This document shows, piece by piece, positions 56,381 to 64,000 of a stretch of 64,000 nt of DNA. The stretch is taken from assembly GCF_009914755.1 (NCBI RefSeq), contig NC_060944.1; one strand, given 5' to 3'. Position numbers and translations under genes: made by a program. Within the stretch, counting starts at the first letter, position 1, and each line of letters starts with the position of its first letter. Below the pieces are notes generated by a model, which ran no database searches, had not been told where the DNA came from, and worked only from the letters and a program-made list of their open reading frames with translations. This DNA is from the human T2T-CHM13v2.0 reference genome, Homo sapiens.

Positions 56381-57591
56381 GAATGACAGACTCGAAGTGA
56401 CTCAAGTTCCGGTTGTTCATCTTTAGATGGTAAAGATGGCTGTACGTACTATCCTTGCTTATTTCCAATCTATTGTTTAAACTCTTGTATATGTAATACC
56501 GCAGAGGCTAGAGATACAACCTTTGACCAAATGAGTGAATTCAAGTAATCCATTACTAATGTGATCTGGAAACAAACATGGTGTTGAATGTGCATATGTC
56601 AGTTCTATGTTGGGAGTTCACTATAAGTAGGAGTTCTCTAAAAGCACTTCCACGTAGAATGCAATGATTATTTAAAAATAAGTAATAAAAATGTGCAAAT
56701 TTAAAACATGTATATGCTTTGAATTATATATATATATATGAATTATATTTTACTATGTATACAATGAAAACTGAACAGTAACCTCAGCTATTGTATAAAA
56801 GTGAAACCAACAAAAGATTTTTTGGGGAGGAAGATTATTTTACTACTGACATAAAGAATTGCCAGGAAACAATGACAGCAAACACAACCAACTTTTAGTT
56901 GCCATTTAAGAAAAATTCTTTCAGATAATGCATTCCTTTATTACTTGAACGGAGGGCAGACCACTCCGTCCATTCTACCCTTGGCACACATCACTTCCTA
57001 AACTGTCTTATTGCTTTTAATTGTATATTTTTTCCCTTAATTTCAATTAAAATCTATAATTCATTAGCCGTCAAAACCTGACCTGTTTGAAGTAGTAGCA
57101 ATTCAACATTAAACCTCGACTAGTGTTGAATAATATTTTGGGGCTTTGTGTTGTATGCTACAGAGTGACCCCCCCCAAGTTCCTTGCCCATGTGTGGCTA
57201 GACAATGGAAATAGTTCCGTGCTTCAACATGTTCCCCAAACACATTCCACAGGAGAGCGCATCCGAGCATCAATTCTTGTAAGACAACTGGGAAATGAAG
57301 TCATAATTTGAGCTGAAGCAAGGAAGATTATTAAATATATTTTCCATGTGCTTTGAAAATATATGCAAAGTAAAGCAATCAGTGCTTGCCACTTTGTTTG
57401 TATTCTAAAAGAAAGCTAGTTAAGGTTTTTCATCAAACTGTATTCTTCTTTAGGCTTATAAAGTACCATGAAGAGGAGGTAAAGAGAGAGTGGATATTTC
57501 AGTGGCTAAACCCAAAGTTTTTTAGCATTTAGACTATGGCACCCTCTAGAAAAGCAATTTAAAATGTGAAAAAAGAGAGGACAGTTAAAAA

Positions 57592-57665
57592 ATAGATTAG
57601 ATAGATAGGTAGATAGATGGATAACAGGTAGGTAGACAGATGATTGATAAAGAGATAGGCAGATC

Positions 57666-57713
<48 letters not shown>
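57592..57713. repeat. Complex (GATA)n tetranucleotide STR; pure (ATAG)12 at 57666-57713
   Basis: Directly visible. Confidence 0.96.
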
Positions 57714-58299
57714 CATGAAGATGGTTGAGGTGACTACACCCTATGCTTCCTTCTGAAGTTTCGGGAATAATTGTTCATTTTCCAAGTGACTGCTCAATAC
57801 AACATTGCTCTGTTAGGTAATTTAATGACTGGTGTAAGTACAAAAAACATTGCCATCTGCTTTGTTTCTTTTGGCCTTAATTATAATGTTATCTTCTTTT
57901 CAGAGGCTATATTGTGAAACACTTATTATTCACCATTATTTCTGGCAGTGATTATAATTTATGACCAACAGTGCAGCACTGAATAATGTCTTGATTGATT
58001 GACTGATTAATGTAGATTTTGTAGGTGATAAGGGACAAAAAGCCTGAGAAGATTTTCTGGAAATGTAAAAGTAATTTTATTTTCTACTATGTTTGATGCC
58101 CAAAGATCACTGTACTGATAATTTTAGTGAATAAAGTGTCAACTATAACAAGGAGCTTGTTTATTCTATCAACCATGTGATTTCAAAACTGGAGCTTGCT
58201 TTCACTTTTGAAATTTTCCATAAGCTAAATCTAATCCTCTATATTTACAACGAAATTAATTTTCTGAGTTATTTATTTTAGGATAACTCTGATCTTTTT

Positions 58300-58617
<318 letters not shown>

Positions 58618-58784
58618 AACCCTGATCTTTTTCAAACTGCAATTTAAAATTTACTGATCACACAGAACTGAATTGATTTTTAATTGTCATTCTGAAGAAG
58701 TAATTAAACTTTAATTACTACTTCTGAAAGAGAGGGTTTTTACTAGGACTTTTTCTGACAGGACAATAATTTCATTTTTTGCAA

Positions 58785-59900
58785 TTTTTATTTATAATTG
58801 GCAAATAATGATTACATATGTTTATGGGGTACAATGTGATGCTATGTGTATATATTGTTGAATGATTAGATCAAACTAGTTATCATATCCATCACCTCAC
58901 ACACTAATCATTATTTTGTAGTGAGAACACTTAAAATCTGCACTGTTAGCAATTTTGAAATATATATTATTATTAATTATGGTCACCATGCTGTGCAATA
59001 GATCTCAAAAATTATTCCTCCTGTCTAACTGAAACTTTGTACCTTTTGATTAACATCTCTGTCTCAGCCTCTGGTAACCACCATTCTACTCTCTACTTCT
59101 GTAAGTTTGATTTTTTTAGATTCCACATATAAGTGAAATCATAACAGTATTTACTTATCTTTCTCTACCTGGCTCATTTCACTTAGCGTAACTTCCTCCA
59201 AGTTCATTCATGTTGTTGCAAATGACAGAATTTGCTTCTTTTTTTTAAGGCTGAACAGTGTATATATACATACAAAACATTTCTTTATCCATTCATTAAC
59301 TGATGAATGGAGATAAATATATATAAAACATTTCTTCATCCATTGATTAACTGATGGACACTTAGGTTGGTTCCATATCTTGCCTGTTGTGAATAATACT
59401 TCAAGAACATAGGAGAGTGGATATTTCTTTAACAGTTGATTTCAAATCCTTTGGATATGAACATGGAAATGAGATTGGTGAATTCTAGGGTAATTCTATT
59501 TTCAGTTCTTTGAGGCATATCTATACTGTTTTCCCTAATTGGCTATACTAGTTTATATTCCTGCCAACTGTGTACAGGGGTTCCCTTTACTCCACATTCT
59601 CGCCAACGTTCGTTATCTTTTGTCTTTTTGATGATAGCCATTCTAACAGGTGTGAGCTGATATCTCACTGTTGTTTTAATTTTAATTTCTCTGACAATTA
59701 GTGATATTGAGCATTTTTTCATAAACTGGTTGACCATTTGTATATCTACTTTCAAGAAATGTCTATTTAAATTCTTTACCCATTTTTTTAAAAAATTCGA
59801 TTCTTTGTTTTCTGCTATAAGATTGTTTGAGTTCCTTATATATTTTGGATATTCACTCCTTATCAGATGTGTGGTTTGCAAATATTTTCTCTCGCTCTGG
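58785..59900 (-). mobile_element. L1MA-type 3' end including degenerate ORF2 C-terminus
   Basis: Minus ORF 59543-59881 (..[32 protein letters not shown]..) is ORF2p-like; L1MA 3' UTR motifs. Confidence 0.88.
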
Positions 59901-60491
59901 GTTGTCTCTTCAGCACAGAAATGGACAGTCGCACGTTACCACCTGTATGATCATTATTTTAAACACAAGCAGGAAAAGCTTTTGGGTTCCAAAGTTTCAG
60001 TCATTATGATTGAAAAACTGCCAAACTGGTAGTGAAACATTTATTGGATTGGGGATTAAGCTATTCATTCTTTTCGCATTAAAACAATGATGTAGTTTTA
60101 TTCGTAAATCTATAAAGTTAAGTGCACAGTCATCACTTTTAGTACGTTCTGATTCATTGAAATCCTGTAAAATTTTATGGAAAAATCTGTGTAAACAAGC
60201 TTTAAATAAGGCAATATTCCAATACCAAAACTCGGGATTTAGGCATAGGTGCTATATTTACAATTCTTAAGTAATTTTCATGTATTTCACATATTTTTAA
60301 AACTCATGTTACAAAATAGCCTAATTCTCTTTACTTTCTGTGTATGAGGGAGGAATTAACATTTTGTAATATAAACCTCCCAAAAGTTATTCAGAATATT
60401 TCTAAAATAAACTGTTTTAGATTCTTGGAGAAATTCTGTGATGTCAAAATCTCTTTCCTTTTTTTAAACAATAAAAAACATTGTGGCTTTG

Positions 60492-61025
60492 TTTTTTTAA
60501 TTGATAAATAATAATTATATACATTTATGGGGTGCATTTATGGGGTGCAATGTATACATATATCAAATTTTACCCCATATTGTACATTGGGTACAATCTG
60601 TACCCTCATAATACAAATTGTACCCCAATGTACAATATGGGGAGCAATTTGATACATGTATACATTGTGGAAGGAGTAAATCCGACTAATATATCCATTA
60701 CCTCACGTACTTATCATTTCTTTGTGGTACAAACATTTCAAATTCATTCTCTTAGCAATTTTGAACTATACGTTATTATTAACTCTAGTCACCTAATGTT
60801 TAATGGATCACCAGGAATTATTCCTCTTGTCTAATGGAAACTTTGTACCCTTTGACCATCATCTCCCCTTTTACCTCCCACCCTCTCCCAACGTCTGGTA
60901 GCTACCATTCTACTTCCTACCTCTACGAGTTCGAATTTTTAGATTCCACATATAAATGAGATCATGTAATATTTGTCCTTCTGTGCCTGGCTTATTTTAC
61001 TTAGTATAATGGCTTCATTTTTTTA
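60492..61025 (-). mobile_element. L1MA-type 3' UTR fragment
   Basis: 'catttatggggt', 'gaaactttgtaccctttgacca', 'tttagattccacatataaatgagatcatg'. Confidence 0.85.
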
Positions 61026-61654
61026 AAATGTTTAAACCAAAGGTTTCAATACATAAATCTAGACACAAACAAGTACTGTGTGATTCCATTTTTTATAAAG
61101 TTCAAGAACAAGCAAAGTTGATCAAAGACAAGAGACAAGAAACTTTCAGTAGTGTTGGACATATTCTTTAATCTTTGTGGAGGCCACACAGGGATATAGA
61201 TGTGAAGAAATTCACTAAGCTATGCAGTCAGTATTAGAGCCCCTGGATGTACATGTGTTATGCAGTAATGAAGGGCACACACACACTCATTCATTCACAC
61301 ACAGCAAAAGCAATCTATGAAGTGACAACACGACACAGTGAACACTGTTTTCATGGTAAAGTTGCAATAAGACAAATTACATTATTTTTACAGTATAAAC
61401 AATTATATTCAATTAAATGCACGAAGTGTGCTAGAATATATTGGATAATTCGGAACGAATACCTATACTGCAGGTGCTGAAGCCAAGAGAGAAACATCCC
61501 CATTGAAGTATTGTAAGAATTCTGTCCCCCCTGCCAGTTGCTATGAGATATCACTGAAATATGGTAGTGTTTTCTAAAATCTACTGCATGAGGATAGGAC
61601 AAACATGCTTTCAGTGAAATGATAAAACGCTACCAGAACTAAAAGAAACAAAAG

Positions 61655-61979
61655 TGGTCAGGTGCAGTGGCTCATGCTTGTAATCCCAGCACTTTGGGAG
61701 GCCAAGGCAGAAAGATCGCTTGAGCTCAGGAGTTCAAGACCAGCCTGGGCAAAATAGTAAGACCTCTGTCTCTATTAAAAAAAAAGTTAAAAATAACAAC
61801 AAAAAATTAGCTGGGCATGGTGGTGTGTGCCTGTAGTCCCAGCTACCAGGAGGCTAAGGTGGGAAGATGGCTTGCCCCAGCAGGTTGAGGCTGCAGTGAG
61901 CCAAGATCATGCCACCCCATTCCAGCCTGGACAACACAGTCCCTGTCTCAAAAAAATCAAAAAAGAAGAAGAAGAAAAA
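61655..61979 (+). mobile_element. AluJ
   Basis: Diverged Alu dimer with A/GAA tail. Confidence 0.9.
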
Positions 61980-62024
61980 GTATTTTAAACCTGTCATTAA
62001 GAAGAAAAAAGATGTAATTACACA

Positions 62025-62510
<486 letters not shown>

Positions 62511-62764
62511 GAAAACAGATTATCTACCGTAATAAAGCAAGAAACCCAATCCCTAAACAATACTGTGCCCCATAGAGTAAAGCCGTTTCATTTCTCTTTT
62601 AGTACTTTTTCTACCCTAACAAAGAAAATTGTGGCTAAAAGTTAAAACAAAAACAGTATCTTTTTGCTAGTTTCATGATATATCTTGTATGTATGTATGG
62701 GTGAATATTCTTATATTATTATTTTTGGTTCATGTAAAGTAATTTTTCCAAGTGAATATCTAAG

Positions 62765-62930
62765 ACCAATGCTTCTGAAACTTTAATAGTCATACAAATC
62801 ACCTGAGGATTTTGTTAAAACTAATATTCATCTCCAGGAGTTCAGGGGTTAGGCTAAGATTCTGAGTTTCCAATAAGTACCCAGGTGATAGTAATGCTAC
62901 TGGCCTACACACTACTCTTTGAGTAATAAG
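62765..62930. mobile_element. MER5-type DNA transposon fossil
   Basis: 'caaatcacctgaggattttgttaaaa...taagattctg...ccaggtgat...actctttgagta'. Confidence 0.7.
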
Positions 62931-63785
62931 GTCTTAGATTAAAGTGGACTTGGGCCCACTAACATTGATTAGCTTATGACAGGAAGACAAAAAACAAAAA
63001 CAAAGGAACAAACAAAAACATAGAAGGTAAAATGTTAAAATCAAGGCACAAAGTATTGCTGTATGGAAAGTGTCTGAATTTTCAATATATTCAGCCCTGG
63101 AGGAAGAGCTTCCCACTACCACTTATTTACTGTTTCTGTTCTAAACTGGCTATAATAGCCCTTCAATTATAGAGCTGTTTCAGTAATAGCATCTGCTTCA
63201 TTATAACAGCAGTTTTATTAAACTAATAGTTGTTAGCATGAAGACACCATTACAGTAAATTACATTTATAATTATGGCTCTAAATATACTCAGGTTGCAT
63301 ACAATTATTAAAAATTTCCACCCTAATCATTTACCTTTCCTGAAGCTTTCCTCCTATCACATAGATGCTGTGAGCGTGTGTTAGTGTATGCAGGCTTTTC
63401 TATGAGGCTGCTTTCCTATATCCCATACAATTATTCAAACTGATGCCTGGTGTATCTAGAAATTTGTATTCCTAGCTCAGAGAGCAGCTAATTAGAACCT
63501 CCTTCCCAATCTCTACTTCCCACAATCTGGGTCATTTCCTTGTTTAGTGCCTTGATCAGAAATAATTTATTGTCTGGTTGTGCATGGCTTTGAGGGAGGC
63601 ACAATATAAAGAAAAGTTCATATAAGAAATGTGCACATTTAACATCAATGCATAACAAACACCCCAAAGCATAGTGGCTTCAGCTAAAAACTGTCTATCA
63701 TTGCATTTGGGACAGCTGGGAGTGCTTATCTAGATTTGGCTCAGCTGGGCAGGTTAGTTAAGGTGGCTCTGTTACACAGTGTCTT

Positions 63786-64000
63786 TATTAGTCTGTTCTC
63801 ATGCTGCTAATAAAGACATACCCAAGAATGGGTAATTTATAAAGGAAAAAGGTTTAATGGATTCTACATGGCTGGGGAGGCCTCACACTCATGGCAGAAG
63901 GCAAAGGAAGAGCAAAGTCACATCTTACATGGCAACAGGCAAGGGGGCGTAAGGAGGGGAACTTCCCATTGTAAAACCATCAGCTCTTGTGAGACTTGTT
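63786..64000 (-). mobile_element. THE1 MaLR LTR, cut by the window end
   Basis: 'tattagtctgttctcatgctgctaataaagacatacccaaga..gggtaatttataaagg'. Confidence 0.88.

Noticed and set aside
57592-57713. GATA STR as a named forensic locus
   Set aside because: Flanks do not match the forensic GATA/AGAT loci I can recall; cannot name it without a search

Overview
Human (primate) non-coding genomic DNA: AT-rich, CpG-depleted and dense in interspersed repeats. An AluYb8-type element indicates a human source. I recognise no cellular protein-coding exon, RNA gene, CpG island or prokaryotic-type system. The only convincing protein-like ORFs are L1 ORF2 remnants. The window holds about 19 Alu/FLAM copies, one young 5'-truncated L1PA2-like insertion, several old L1M and L2 fragments, MaLR/ERV solo LTRs (MLT1, MST, THE1, LTR18, LTR16-like), DNA transposon fossils (Tigger2a, MER3, MER5), microsatellites and a 7 x 77-bp minisatellite. 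The most unusual structure is a 317-bp inverted duplication (35951-36267 / 36548-36864, 10 mismatches counted by eye). Its left arm interrupts an LTR16-like element and has fold-back and slippage scars at both junctions. Three smaller templated-insertion or fold-back scars lie at about 39.4, 59.3 and 60.6 kb. I found no new biological system that I can support with confidence. Repeat subfamily names come from remembered consensus motifs, and boundaries of old elements are approximate.
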